A stretch of 63,784 bases of DNA, filler included, from Reticulomyxa filosa (GCA_000512085.1; 20 parts of 20 records of this genome joined end to end with filler, not necessarily neighbours in it); one strand, 5' to 3'; positions 47,699 to 61,799 are shown, numbered from the whole stretch's first letter. Notes: generated from the letters alone by a model not told the origin. Numbers and translations: made by a program.

Positions 47699-49267
47699 NN
47701 NNNNNNNNNNNNNNNNNNNNNNNNNNNNNNNNNNNNNNNNNNTTAATTAATTAANNNNNNNNNNNNNNNNNNNNNNNNNNNNNNNNNNNNNNNNNNNNAA
47801 AAAAAAATACCATTCTTCAATTTTATCTTTCAATGGATACACGTTAATCTATTCAATAATTTTTTGTTAACAAGGTTTGAAAATTATTCCCAGAAAACTC
47901 CAGAGGTTTGGTGAACAAATGAAACAATGCCAGTGTATACGTATAACGGGGAAGAAAGGAGGAAGAATAACGAGTAAAAAAAGGAAACACAAACAAAAAG
48001 ATTTGTTAAAAAGACTTTTGCAAATAAATGCTCATTCGGTGCTTTTCTTAACATTCAAATCAGAGTCTTGCAAGTGCGAATGAAAAATACTTAAACTTTC
48101 TTCGATTCTTTTCTTTGCGCTTTCTTCCACATTTCGTCGTGTCTGGTCATGAAACATTGTTGCCAGATTGGCACGGAAGTTTTCAACAAATTCCAAATGC
48201 TTCTTGTTTCTTTCTTAGTCTTTTGTTAGGTTTGCTGTTTTTGTTTTAACCGGCGAAAATCTCAAATCAACGCTTCCGCGAAACAATGAGATGGGCAACA
48301 AGAAAATGACAATAATGATGTATGAGATCAGATAGATGATAATACACAATAATCAAATCACCAAACTCCTCAATAAAACAAAGGGTATAAGGAAAATTTG
48401 TTGGTGGGGTCAGGCGTTTTTTGAAACTATCAAAACTTTCGAAGACAGTTTCAGTTTGTAATATTGGACGCTAGGAGATAATTTTAAAAAATTTTGTGCC
48501 ACAAATTAACAGGAGACTCATGTCTTTATTTTATCAATTTAAAAGAGTTTAAATTAAAGATATCCAAAATGATACACTTATTACACTTCATTTTCCTTTT
48601 CAAACGTCTTTTTTTTACTTAACGATCCAACTTTTTCATTTTTTTTTTACTGTTTTGCTTATATTTGTTTAGCTTTCTTTTTCCGGCTCTTCTTTTTATC
48701 TCGTTAACAGATTTTCAAATTGACTGAATATTATTTACAAATATCTTATCGATCAAAAGTATATTTTGTCTTTTATCAAAATTGTTTGCCAAGAGATTTC
48801 ATAATTGTGTCTATTTTAGATTGAAACCAATCGCCAATATTTTAAAGGGTTTCTAGTTGTCTTTCTGACTATTAATTCATGTGTGGTGAGTTTGCACTAA
48901 CAAACAAATTTAAATTAAAAGTACTGAAAACAATTCTAAAAATTTGAAAATAGAAATTTAGTTCTTAATAGCAATAATTTATTTTACAAACATTTTTTTG
49001 TTTGAAGAAAAAGATTTGATTTTTATTGATCCATGATTCCTCGTGTCTTTTTTTTTAAAAAAAGAATTGTCCCANNNNNNNNNNNNNNNNNNNNNNNNNN
49101 NNNNNNNNNNNNNNNNNNTTAATTAATTAANNNNNNNNNNNNNNNNNNNNNNNNNNNNNNNNNNNNNNNNNNNNTTTTTTTTTTTTTCCCCTTTTTTTTT
49201 TTTTTTTTTTTTTTTTAAGAAACCCCTATGTGTATGTACACACCCAAAAAATTAAAAAAAAAGTTAC

Positions 49268-49764
49268 CATAAAAATCCAAGCGCACCCAAACGGTAATTA
49301 ATGGAGACCATAACGACATTGGTCAGATTGACCAAATCAGTGCCATTGTACACCAAGCCACCGCCGTAGCCTACTTCAAAGGAGCCTCCGTGAATAAATA
49401 CCATCACAGAGTACTTCTCATCGGTGCTGTTTGGATGGTACGGTGTGAATACGTTCAAATACAAGCAATCTTCTTGCGCTACCGTGGGACAAGCGAACCA
49501 TGGCAAATTACAATTTTGCACACATCCCGGTGGGTCCGCTTGTGTCACTAACACACCATTCCATGGATCTGGACGTGCTGGGTTCTCCCAACGTAAGGCA
49601 CCCACTGGGGGTTTCGCGTATGGAATTTTCGTAAACGCCCTTGCAAGTGTGCTCACTTTGCCCTGAATCGTTCCGTAGTTGGTTTGCACTATGGATGGGT
49701 CAGCACCATACTTCCCATAACAAATTGCTGCCGTCAAACTTATGGATAACCAAAGTAAAGACAT
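49268..49764 (-). CDS. Type-B carboxylesterase/cholinesterase family, first exon with signal peptide
   Basis: IPYAKPPVGALRW, EDCLYLNVFTP, VMVFIHGGSF, INYRLGALGFL; GT donor at 49267. Confidence 0.93.
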
Positions 49765-50198
49765 CTTTTTTTTCTTTCACAAAAAAAAAAAAAAAAACGG
49801 ATGGTCACTAAGTACTAAATTTTTTTTTACTTTCAGAAAGAATAGCCTTGGTCAAAAGACGGCATCTTTGTGTTTGTGACATCTTTTTTTTTTTTTGCAA
49901 AGATAAGCATTATTGTTTGAGATTATAAAACTCTGAAACAGAGACATTGCAAAACTTTTTAAAAAAGATTAAAAAAAAAAACGATCAAGTCAAATTTTTC
50001 ACAATAAATCAATAATCATTGAATAAAACACCATTATTGCATTTTTCACGTAAGCTTTGCCCCGACTCACGTGTCAAAAAGAAAGAGACAGGTATATCAA
50101 CAAAAGAGAAACAGGCTTTATTATTATTATTATTTTTATATAATGTAAATGTGCACTTGATAGAGCAAACAAAAGAGAATGTATTCCTTCGGCAATGA

Positions 50199-51596
50199 CT
50201 ATAGTTTCATTTGCAAGAGTTTGGCTCTCTTTTTGGTAGGCACAGAGAGGTCATTAGCACCATCGACATCTTGCACTCCTCGCTTTTTTGCCGCGAAGAC
50301 AGCAGGATTGGCAGAGTTGGCAGACTCTTGTATTTTGGAAAACATTTGTTTGCTGCTTGTGTATTTGGTCTCATCCGTGTTCATTTTGCTTTTGGTTCTG
50401 TCAATAACAGCCATGGCATGAGTGCGAATTTCATTGAGAGCATCTTGTCGTTTCAAGTGATTTTTGAACTGTTCGTCATATTTGCTTCTCATTTCATCCT
50501 TGGCATGTTGCAAAATATTTTTCAATTGTCCTTTTTTTTGTTATTACTTCTTTTTTTTTTCAATTGATCGGAGGTCATTTCGCTTTTTCCGGTCATGACT
50601 TGGTTCATTTTTTTGCCTAATTTTTTATAAATCTCTTCGGGGGCCAGCGTATTTTGCGTCGGATCAGTTACCATTGAGCTAGGGAGCATCTCTTCCAAAA
50701 ACAGCGCATTGGTATGTGTTTTCACCTTGACATTGTCTTGCAGCACGCTAGGTTTCGGAGTGTAATGAAACCGACAAAGTTGGTCTAAGGAATAGAATAA
50801 ATCAGCTTTCAAGCGACTGATTACTTCATGTTTCCTAATATGTTACAAGAGTGTATATATATATATATATGGATTGAAATAAATTTTTCAACTTGAACCG
50901 ACTTGATGAGTTCCTTGTCTACATTTTGCTCGGTATCGGCAGTCTGCGCTTGATTTTGCTCTTGCACTTGTTGCAGATACTGACGCTCATACATTTCAGC
51001 CAAGCCCATGGAGGACTTGGTGTCGGCGACTTCGACGAGTTTGCGCTTGGATTGCATGGGCAACTTGCTCCAATCGATTTTATCTTCCAACGTCACGTCG
51101 TCAAACTTTTCCTCTTGAATCCGCTCGATGACCAGTTGCTCGATTTGCGCGGTGACCTCGTCGGTGACTGTCGGCTTCAGCTTGTCCGAGTTGTCAAACT
51201 CCAAGTACATTTCCAACAGACTGTTCTTTGGACGTTTACCGACCTTGCTGTCATTGTCGCCTCCCTTTTTCGACATCTTGTCATTGCCCTTCAAGTGTCT
51301 GGCCGTCAAATACTTGCCAATCTCGCCCATCATCTCCCAGCTGCGGTCTTTCAAATTCTCTTCCTCCAACGCCGCGATTCGAGCGTTTATCAATTCCTGT
51401 TCCTGTTCAAACGTCGACATTTGTGACTCATCTGTTTCCTTCTTCTTCTTCTTCTTCTTCTTCTTTTTATCATCATTATCATCCTCATCATCTTCATCGT
51501 CTTTGTTGTTTTCTTTGGCTTTTTCATTGGCCATTTTCGGTAGTCCAAACCAATCTTCGGGTTTGTCCTTGTCTTTCAGCTTTTGCTTTTGCTTTT
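50199..51596 (-). CDS. MPP10: U3 snoRNP protein Mpp10, 5' partial
   Basis: LEEENL..RSWEMMGEI, RPKNSLLE..LEFD, PTVTDEVT..IEQLVIERI.EEKFDDV, KSSMGLAEMYE, LF..LD.L..FHYTPKP, EEMLP..LAPEEIY, C-terminal KL. One intron and one indel at the T-run ~50532-50539. Confidence 0.93.
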
Positions 51597-52849
51597 NNNN
51601 NNNNNNNNNNNNNNNNNNNNNNNNNNNNNNNNNNNNNNNNTTAATTAATTAANNNNNNNNNNNNNNNNNNNNNNNNNNNNNNNNNNNNNNNNNNNNTTTT
51701 TTTTTTGATTGAATGTAAACAATGAAGGGTTTATTGGGTACCTGTTCAATTTGTTAATTTAAGATTTGTTCCTGTTGATTATGAGGTTCTTTTTCTAAAT
51801 GTTGCTGCTATTCCTTGGTATGGAAGCTCTTTTTTTTTTTTCTGTCCACTGATTCCCTTGTTATTTATCTTTCTTTGCCCCCCCTCCGATCTTTATTCTC
51901 TTTTCTTCAATGTACTCTTTTGGGGGCTTGCAACTCGGACTCCATTCTGAGAACTTCTTTCTCTTGCCTTTGCAAATCTTCCTTTTTTTGTTTGTTTGTT
52001 TGGGGGCTTGTTGAAATAGGGCTATGTTTATCGCGTGGACAATAGCATCTATTAAAGACAATGACAATGAAAAAACAAACATCCAAACAACGCAACTGAA
52101 AGCACAATGAAACAAAAACAACTAAAATCTCGTCATTATTTCATGTTGTTTATTATCTTGCCCTTCCTTTGCTTGTCTTTTTAGTTACTTCCTATTTTGT
52201 AACCTTCGCCAAATTGTTTTGAGGTTCCACCCATGTGATTGTTTTGTTTTTTCTTTCTTTTCTTTTTTTTTTATTCGACTTTGAAAGTTGAAGCACAACG
52301 CATGGATGTCCTCGCTGTTTTATGAACTATATAAACCTTGGAGGAGCTTCCACTTTTGACGGGTCTGGAAATTGTCAATAAAAAAAGCAAAACTATTCAA
52401 AAACAAAAAGAAAGTCTCGACTGACCAACTGATCGTTGCAGCTTAAAAATTGTCATGAGGATTGTATTTCGAATTTTTCTCTTTTTTTTAAATATTTGAC
52501 ATATTCCCTTCTGTTTATGGTTTTCTATTTTTACATTTTCTTTTTATCACTGAGGACGTCAAAGCAATTGATGTACAAACCGCAGTTTTCTCCATTCCAT
52601 TTTTACTTAAATTTAAACCAAAAATGTTGAGATCTGATATTTTGGTCCTTTCATAGTTCCGTTGCAACCAGAACTTTTGTTCTAGTTCCCTTGTAAGTCC
52701 AACTCTTATCAATATCAATATTCAACCTTTTTAATGTGCCCTAAGAAACTGTAGTGCATTTATTTCAACTCCAACAAGAAACACGAGGAAAAAATTTGTG
52801 CTATTCCTCGAACCACTAAAGCTTGTGTCCCGACATGAGACACACCCAA

Positions 52850-53325
52850 CTAGAAGATCAAGCTTTTTCAAAGAAGGGCAGTTTGCAATGTATTGTGACT
52901 GTTGGAAAAAGAAAATCCGAAGGTTAACAGTGCAAAGAGGGGGAGGAGGGGAAAAAAAGAAAAGTATTTTAGTTTTCTCAACAATATGCAAAGCACCCTC
53001 ATTACCAATACCAGCCCTCCAAAAGCAATACGTGTGCAGCTTATCATACTTACTTTTAACGATAGCATCGCATAAAGCAGCACAGACCTGTGAGCTGATA
53101 TCTCCATCAATACAAAGTTGTTTTAATGGTCTTTTTTCTTCTTCGTTTTCGATAAAATCTTTTAAAAGATTGTATATGCACTGCATCTGAATGGCTGAAA
53201 TGTTTCTATTTTTGCATTCTTTTCGAAAAGCTTGCTGTAACTGCTCAACATCTATTTTCTCTTTATTGTGTTTAGCCACGTTCAGATGAACAACTAGTCT
53301 GGCTCTTTTTCTTTTTTTTGGTGCT
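52850..53325 (-). CDS. RNI-like leucine-rich-repeat protein fragment (possibly pseudogene)
   Basis: LKQLCIDG.ISSQVCAALCDAI..YDKLHTYCFWRAGIGNEGALHI / SQYIANCPSLKKLDL; no clear start codon or intact 3' part. Confidence 0.55.
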
Positions 53326-54490
53326 AAGGTCTAAGGTCTCGATCACAAAGTTGATCGATAAAAAAAGTGATCATTACTTTATTGAAAAAAAAAAGACATT
53401 GATTTGTTCGATTGTGGACAGGAGACACATATTTCCTTTGTGTTGTACAAATTGGCCACATGACATCAAAGGATCCACATACACGTTATTTGCAAGGAGA
53501 CAAAAAACAAACAATTTTTTAAAAAAATGAACAAATACACGAATCTCTAAATATCAATATCATCCATATTCATGACAACAACGAAACAACACAAAAACGA
53601 ATGGAAGAATAAAAGAGCCCATTAGTTCAATGCATATCAAAAATCAATGGAAATATTGTCGTAGCTGCTGTAACGTGAAAACGCGCAGTTTGTGACATTG
53701 AAAACCGTACATTAGATTTTTATCCAACGCGCAAAATGGATGCGTAACAAATTGGCTTACATTTTTTTTTGGACAACTACGAAAAGCTAAAGAAAACAAA
53801 TCAATGCATATTAACACATGAAGGTAGTCCCTTTTCAAATACTAACACGTATTTGAATAAAGAAAAGTTAATTGTAATGAGTTCCTTCCCCTCAGATTAT
53901 GGCCACTTTATGTATGGCTAAAAAAGGTTGGACATGTTCAACTATCGAACCAAAGCCAGTGGGCATTCACCGATCTCGAAGACAGAAAAAAACCAAACAT
54001 GTATCTGCACAACAACATGTCATTGATGACAACAAATTTTCAGTTGACTTTCAACGTGTTTGTTGAATGAATTTAGGCTATAACTGCCTTTGGTTGAAAT
54101 AACTTTAGTGTTGCAATAACGCAAATGTCTATTGACACAATTCATTGTTTAAAGAATTTTATTTAATAAACTGATTTTTCACTTTTTTTTAAGTAAAAAA
54201 AAGAGTTGAAGAAAAAACAAAATCCTTTAAAAAAATCATTTGGGTAATGCAAAAAAAATATAACACAAAACGTTAATAATATTTTATTGTTAAAGTCAAT
54301 GTTCAGTTGAAAGTCTTATAATGAAAAGTAATAATTAATGAAAATATTTGTAAAAGACGAAAAGCTGTTTTCATTACCAAGAAGTTAAAANNNNNNNNNN
54401 NNNNNNNNNNNNNNNNNNNNNNNNNNNNNNNNNNTTAATTAATTAANNNNNNNNNNNNNNNNNNNNNNNNNNNNNNNNNNNNNNNNNNNN

Positions 54491-54536
<46 letters not shown>

Positions 54537-56196
54537 TGATATAAGAATAAGAAAAGAGACCACAGTAGTAAATGATGTCTGCTGTGTGCGAATGCAATTT
54601 TGGCATCGATTCAGCGAGCTGCTAATGCTACTCGTAAGCATTGGGTTTTTGGTGCAACTGTTCTTTGTGCACAGGGTGCTTGTGAAACTGTTCATCGACG
54701 GGATGAAACGCCAGTTCATCATAACCAAAGACATGCAAGTGGACGACGAGGAGACCTTTGATCACTGGGTTGTCAACAACTGCTCCAAGTACTGTGGCAT
54801 CGAACAGTTTTCGTATTACATCTTTAACATCACCAATCCCGTCCAAGTCACTGACAACGGCAGCTTCCCGCGCTTGCAAGAGATTGGACCTTTTGTCTTT
54901 TTTCGCACTGAGGTTCGACGTGATCCTATCTTCAACAACGACTCCACTGTTGTCAACTATACCTATCACTATCGCTACATCTATTCATCTGAGTACAGCA
55001 CCACCTTATACAACTTGAGTGACATGGTCTATGTCATTTCACCCTTCTGGCTCTATTTTACTAACCAGTATCGTCTCACTCAGAGCCACGTTTCTTTGGA
55101 CTATCTCCAATCTTTGTTCTCTTGGGACATGTACTTGTATTACAACATCTCACAAATCTTATTCGACGCTCCTTACAATCTTCTACCCTATATGAACAAA
55201 TCCTTCTCTTTGATCAACACCACAGAATGTCGTGTCAGCGAATATACTGGCCGTCATTCCACAGCTTTAATGCGACAGCTTATCCAAATTTATGGTTCAA
55301 TATATAACATATACACTCATATCATGATTTCAATACTTTATCCAAATTTTACAACCATTATATTTTATTCACTTATTCTTATGGCACTTTTTTTTTTTTT
55401 TTTTTTCTTTCCTATCTCTCTCTTCTCTCAAAGAAGTTAAAAAAAAAAAAAAAAAATTGAACAGGGCAAAGTTCATTGAACTTTTGGGCAGAACCAGAGA
55501 TAATCGCCGGAAGTCGTGAAACGAAACAATTCGCATGGAGCAACATATGGCATGCCACTTCTTTATCTGTCTATTCCTTTGACAAATCCCGGGTGATTGA
55601 CTATATCCGGCAGGGGACGACCCAATACGAAGGCGTGAGCGTCTACAAATTTATTCGTTAAGCGGGTCTATCTTTGCTAAGCCTTTGTGAATATCCAATG
55701 TTTTCTTATTTGTGTTTTATCTGACAAAAAAAAAAAAAAGTTTAAAATGTAACAAAAAACACTCCCCAAAAAGCTGACCCAACCGTGTACATGTCTGCAA
55801 GCAACTACTCCTATAATGAAAAGTATTACTCCTTTGGCAAAGATGGATTGCTAAATCTCACACCTGTCAGTGGTTCTTCGGTCCTCACATATACTAGCAA
55901 GCCATACTTTCTTGGTATGAACTTATTTGTTTGTTGAATAGAATACTAAAATGCTTGACTTCAAATAACAATAATGCTATAATAAATAATAATAATAATA
56001 ATAATAAGATGGCGACTATTATGTCACTACGGTGAATGAACCAATGGGATTGCGAAACCCCGACCCCAATGTCGATGACACCTTCATGCTAGTGGAACCA
56101 TACACCGGCACGGTGTTTCGAAGCTACGTCGGTTATATGTTGAGCTTTCAAGTGTTCCCCGTTCCGACCCCTTCTTTTTCAAAGTTGCAAGACATG
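54491..56196 (+). CDS. CD36 / scavenger receptor class B (LIMP-2-like), partial, 4 exons
   Basis: N-terminal TM helix, YYIFNITNP..LQEIGPFVF, GLLNLT..SKPYFLDGD, VEPYTG. Exons 54491-55294, 55465-55656, 55774-55914, 56009-56196, all in phase. Confidence 0.9.
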
Positions 56197-56348
56197 GTAA
56201 TCGCCTTGTGTGTTTGTGTACAAATAATATAACATCTCCCCCCCCCCCNNNNNNNNNNNNNNNNNNNNNNNNNNNNNNNNNNNNNNNNNNNNTTAATTAA
56301 TTAANNNNNNNNNNNNNNNNNNNNNNNNNNNNNNNNNNNNNNNNNNNN

Positions 56349-56979
56349 TTCTTCAAATGACAAAACAATTCGTTTTTGGGATGTTACAGATAACCAACAA
56401 TTGAAAATGTTTTATGAACATACACGTTGTATTCGTACAATTGAATTCTCAGCATTTAGTGGTGGTCGATATTTGTGTTCTGGTTCATATGATAAAACTA
56501 TTCGTATATGGGATATCGAAAAAACTAAACAATTAATTGAATTTAAAGGACATGACAATACAGTAATCAGTGTAAAATATGGACCAAATAAATCAGGGAA
56601 TAGTGGTACTTCAAATACGATATTATCTGGATCATGGGACAAAAGTGTTCGTTTGTGGGATATTCGATCTAGCCGACAAATTCAAGTGTTTAATGGACAT
56701 AACAGTCATTTAAATGTTGTCGAGTATTCACCGTTTGTATTAGATAATATGGAAGTTCATGAAATTTCAAATGTCATATGTTCTGGATCATGGGATAATA
56801 CACTCCGTTTTTGGGATATTCGATCAAGTAAGAAAGAATCGCACGTAATGAAAGAAAATAATAATTAAAATAATGGAATACTATGCATTAAATTTATAAA
56901 ATTTAAAAATAAAAGTAATAATTTTGGCGTTTATTTATATTATGGTACTTGCCAAGGTATCATTCGTATTTAAGGATGA
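56349..56979 (+). pseudogene. WD40-repeat gene 3' part with premature stops
   Basis: CSGSYDKTIRIWDIE, LSGSWDKSVRLWDIRS, CSGSWDNTLRFWDIRS. TAA at 56866 and IRI*G where IRIWG is expected; same subfamily as 22276-23313. Confidence 0.75.
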
Positions 56980-57448
56980 ATATTTTTTTGGATTTAAACA
57001 ACAGAAAAGATACTCAAAAGGGGTGGTGATTATATTTTTTAAATTTATTTTATCTATAATCTTTTTTTGCCGTCTTCTCTAGGTTTGAACAACAAATAGC
57101 AAACCAACTTCTCACACTCTTTCCTCTTTCATCATTTAAATCAAACCTGATATCCGTTGTAGTCCTTGTTTTGCTCGGCCATTTGTTTGTTTGCTACGTT
57201 GATTGCGTTTTTGTGAAAATTGAATTGAAACAATAAGGTGACCTTTGTTTGATTTGATTATCAGAACAACTCTGCAAAATATATTGAACTTCTGTTGGCT
57301 CAATGCACAAAAATAAAAACAAAAAAAATGATAAAAATAAAGAATTTTNNNNNNNNNNNNNNNNNNNNNNNNNNNNNNNNNNNNNNNNNNNNTTAATTAA
57401 TTAANNNNNNNNNNNNNNNNNNNNNNNNNNNNNNNNNNNNNNNNNNNN

Positions 57449-58656
57449 TTTTTTTTTTTTTTTGGAAAAAAAAAAAAAAAAAAAAAAAAGGGGATGAGAC
57501 AAAACTTAAATCCCAACAAAAGGAACCATTTCCAGGAAAGGTCAACGCATTCTTTGAACGGAAATTGTAACCATCTCAAAACGGGGAAAAACAGTTCACC
57601 GCAATCGCTTTCGGTGAAACGCAAGACTTGCTTGATCTTTAACAGGGCGTGATACTTGGCAAGTGCTTGGCGAAATTGATAAATGCAACAGGAGATGTGG
57701 GCAACGGAGAGCATCATAGCGCACACGAACAAGTAGTACCACTGGATGACGTGTTCATATAAGTAGCGCTTGGACAGCGATGTGAACCAAGAATTATTGT
57801 TTTCATCATAAGGGATGATATTTATCAATAGCAGAAATTCTCCGACCAATGTCAGCAGCCATGGCAATATGCTCGGCACGACCGTGGATTGTGTGTCGAT
57901 ATAGTCTTTCAATTTCTTGCAGATATATAGCGTCACTGTATCATAGCTCAACTCGTAGGACATTATCAATGTGTACAAGTCATTGGGTAAATAATAATTC
58001 TCGCATTCTTTTATCTTTTTGTATTTGTAGTCATTATTATCATCATTGTTATTGGTATTGTCATTATTATTGTTATCATTATTATTATTATTATTACTAT
58101 TATTATTATTATTATTGTTATTATTATTATTATAGTGATTAGATTCGTTTGGAATCGAAACAAGAGTTGGATAGGATATACTTAAACGATTGGACACGAC
58201 TGTGGTTGGGATGGATTCATCATTGACATAACCATGTGAGTGGTCATGTTCATGGACGTCGATAATGTGCGGGGATACGTCAGCATTCACTTTAAGCAGT
58301 GGCGTGTGAGTGGCTTCGGCAACCGCATTGGGCGAACGGAATTTGGATTGGTAATTGAGGTGGCTTTCATGATTATGTTTCGTCTTCTTTTTACTCGCTG
58401 CTGGCTGCGGCTGTTGGTCGGAAATGAACGGCTCGAATATGCTTTGCAATTGCGACTGACGATATCTGCGGACAAAATATTGCAAGGCATGCAAACATTG
58501 CTCATTCCCCATATTCGGCTGGATTTTGGATAATATGCTGTCCAATGTATTTTCGTCCTTGTACTGCTCGTTGCTACTGCAATCCACAAAACTGTCCATT
58601 GGTAATCTCTCTTTGCTTGATTTGTGTTTTTGCTCTTTCATTGATGACGGGTTCAT
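57449..58656 (-). CDS. Hypothetical protein with poly-N tract, F-box-like LPNDLYTLIMSY motif and two predicted TM helices
   Basis: About 400-aa ORF from ATG 58656; hydrophobic ILPWLLTLVGEFLLLINII and YYLFVCAMMLSVAHISCCIY; the 3' end runs into a probable intron and the spacer. Confidence 0.6.
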
Positions 58657-59720
58657 TGGGTGCTAACAATAAATTTTTTTATGTGCCACAGTTTTTGTAA
58701 TAGTTGCGGCACATTTTTTCGTAACTTTCCTTTTTTTTAAACAAGATTTCACAAGAGTGAAAATATAAAATATGCATATATCAATTTTCGGTTGAACACA
58801 AACTACTGTAGTGTTGTAGTGAAAAATACCCAGAAATGCACAGCATTATAGTGACAAGCATCAACTTATTGTAATATTCTGTTTTTTTAAAACTTAAAAA
58901 GACAAAGAATGAAACGAAAAGAAAAATGTTGACAACGACAACGACGACAAAGTGATGATATCAATGACAAATACATTTTTTGTGTGTCGAGTGGATGATA
59001 TTGTGAAAATTTCTACAATTAAAAAATGATAATTGTTGTGATGTTAATTTTTATGGTTCAAAAGATCAAATTAATATTTAGTTATATTTCAAAATATTAC
59101 ACACCATGTCGCAAGGTAAGTTTTTCTGCCAATAAATATCTATGACTGGTGTGTGATAACATATGATCTGTCTACTTGTTTAATATGTAAGTTTGTAGTT
59201 GCTGTGTGTAGAATGTGAGCATTGATTGTAATCTATTGAAAGCTAGATTGAGAAAATAGTGTTAGTGCACAAAACTTATGCATATACTAAAAAAAATATA
59301 TATACACATATATATGTATATATATATATACTTGTATTGTATACTTGACATTCTTTTTCTGACAATATTAGATAGTATTCACTTTTGCTTTATATCGCTT
59401 TGTACTGCAACAGTTGTGTCATAAAATATGCATTATTTGTTTATGATTGCATGTAATAAAGAGTTCATCGCACAACAGTAGCGAGATTGTGATTGTGATT
59501 GTTGCTGCTGTTTGACTTGTAACAACTATTTCCATTCGTTCACTATCAACTGATCTGTTTTTTCATATTTCTGATCCTGCTCGTCTATGTCATACTAATC
59601 TTCATCTGCTGTTTCGTGCTAGGCACTATCATCCGTTGAGTATACATACAATTCGGGAAGTTCGCTATCCTCGTCTTCGTCGTGTGGACTCGACTCTTTC
59701 TCTTATTTCGGTTTGACTGT

Positions 59721-60025
59721 CTATGTTGTCTCCGGTCTTTGATCCGTCCTATCAACTTCTCCACTTGCGCGTGCAGGGTGCGCTTTTTGCATTGACGATA
59801 TAAATAGCGTGATTAGAAATCGATTCAATTGATGTGCTTTGCTGTCCATAAAATGCTTTATCCCTTCGTCACTTGCTTGACACATCATTGTAAACAATTC
59901 CGTCTGGAACTTGTCCAATAATGGTTTTTGTCTCTTCTTGCTTTGGCGACGTCCTAGTAACACTCCAAGCGAAGACTCAAACAAGCCTTTCAAAGACTCG
60001 TCCACATTTTGTGTTTTTGAAGAGA
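59721..60025 (-). CDS. Hypothetical coding fragment
   Basis: GC-richer open frame from the contig end (VDESLKGLFESSLGVLLG...); no motif recognised. Confidence 0.3.
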
Positions 60026-61799
60026 NNNNNNNNNNNNNNNNNNNNNNNNNNNNNNNNNNNNNNNNNNNNTTAATTAATTAANNNNNNNNNNNNNNNNNNN
60101 NNNNNNNNNNNNNNNNNNNNNNNNNTTTTTTTTTTTTGTTGTTATTTCCACATTCTTGAATAATGTTGGAAGAAAAAAAAAAAATTTTGTAACTGTCCCA
60201 ATAATTTTTGTGTCTTTTCGAGAGCCCTAAAAAAAAAACAGAGTAAAACTACAAATCACTCCATCAATGCAAATGTTTTCAAGAAAAGTGTCCCTCGATT
60301 TTCAAAACTGTTTCCACTGTTCAATTTTATTTCGAAAACTATTTTCTTGTCTGTGCAATCAAAAATTGTTGTCAATTGTAAAAATACGCATGTATAATTT
60401 TTTCCCATCATTTGTGTATTGCAAAAGAAAAAAACAATAACGATGAACTTTGCCCATTCTTTTTGCAGATGTATACGTCGATGTTTAGTTCTATAGTTTC
60501 CACAAACCCCATTGTTATGTTGTGTTATTTTTGTATCTCTTCTGCCTCGCTCTACTTTCAAATGCTCTGTTTTGTTGTTTTTTTTCTTTATAACACTTCA
60601 TTTTCTTGTTGTAAGGATCGGAGTTGTCTATTCCAAACATAGCACAATGATTTTTGATGGATTGATTACAATGGAATATAATGCACATTTTGTAAATATA
60701 CAACTCTACGTGCAAAAGATGTAAAACAAAGGCAAAAGAAAAATAAGAACAATCTAATTCACATATAACTCATTAGTGCTGGCGAAAAACTCAGAAAGGC
60801 GTCTATTGTATGCGTATATATGTATACGTGCCGTGTAGAAACAAAGAATTATACTTTTTTTTTTTTTTAAAAAAAAAAATTAAATATTTAGTGAAGAATA
60901 CAAGCATGTTCCAAGTTTAATTGTGGTGTCTCATTTTGCTTAACTCGTCATATATGCGTTCCTTCTCTTGCACTTTTCTATGTGATATTGTATGATCCGA
61001 AACTAAGTTAAGAATGTGTTAAATAAAATATAAATAAAAGACAGTACAGGAGGAGCATCTCTTTCAATTCCTTTTTCAATATTTTGCGTTTTCCCACTTC
61101 TTCGTCAAAGCTCTTCTCTATTCATCATTTGTTTGCCTTTTTTTTTTTTTTTTACACTTTGTATCTAATAATAATCACAGTAAAGAAGAGAGCAGGGACT
61201 CTATATTGTAACTCAACACAGCATATTCTTTTTTCACTGATTTCAATTCTCTGTATTTTTTATTTTGTATNNNNNNNNNNNNNNNNNNNNNNNNNNNNNN
61301 NNNNNNNNNNNNNNTTAATTAATTAANNNNNNNNNNNNNNNNNNNNNNNNNNNNNNNNNNNNNNNNNNNNGAGAAAAAGACTATCACAAATGGTGCACTA
61401 TTCTGTTTTTTTACGAAATTTTTCAAAATTATCACAAAATGCAATCGAATAGAATTCTTTACTCTCTTGTTGCAAAATTAGTATTTCGGTATTACGATAC
61501 AAACTTAATCCCTGAGCAACAAAACATGGACTATCCCTTCGAACTTATATTGAGTAATCACAGAGAAACAATAGCTTTGCGAGCTAGGAACAAATTGAGT
61601 GACAATGGATTCGACATATTTTGTTTTTTCGTCTTTTGTAATTGCCTCTGAACTGCATTTTATAACTAATCTTATCAATACCTTCATAAGGAGAACTCCA
61701 GCATATCCACTGGAGATGTTTTCTTGTCCTCATTATGACGAAATAATCGACTGTTCATTGGTGGAACCAGAATCAAATTCGTTCGCCTGAGTATGTATC

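Noticed and set aside
22322-56976. TGA/TAA at conserved Trp positions suggesting a reassigned stop codon
   Set aside because: It occurs only in copies that also carry frameshifts, deletions or other stops. Intact genes use TGG for Trp and end in TGA/TAA, so G-to-A decay explains it.
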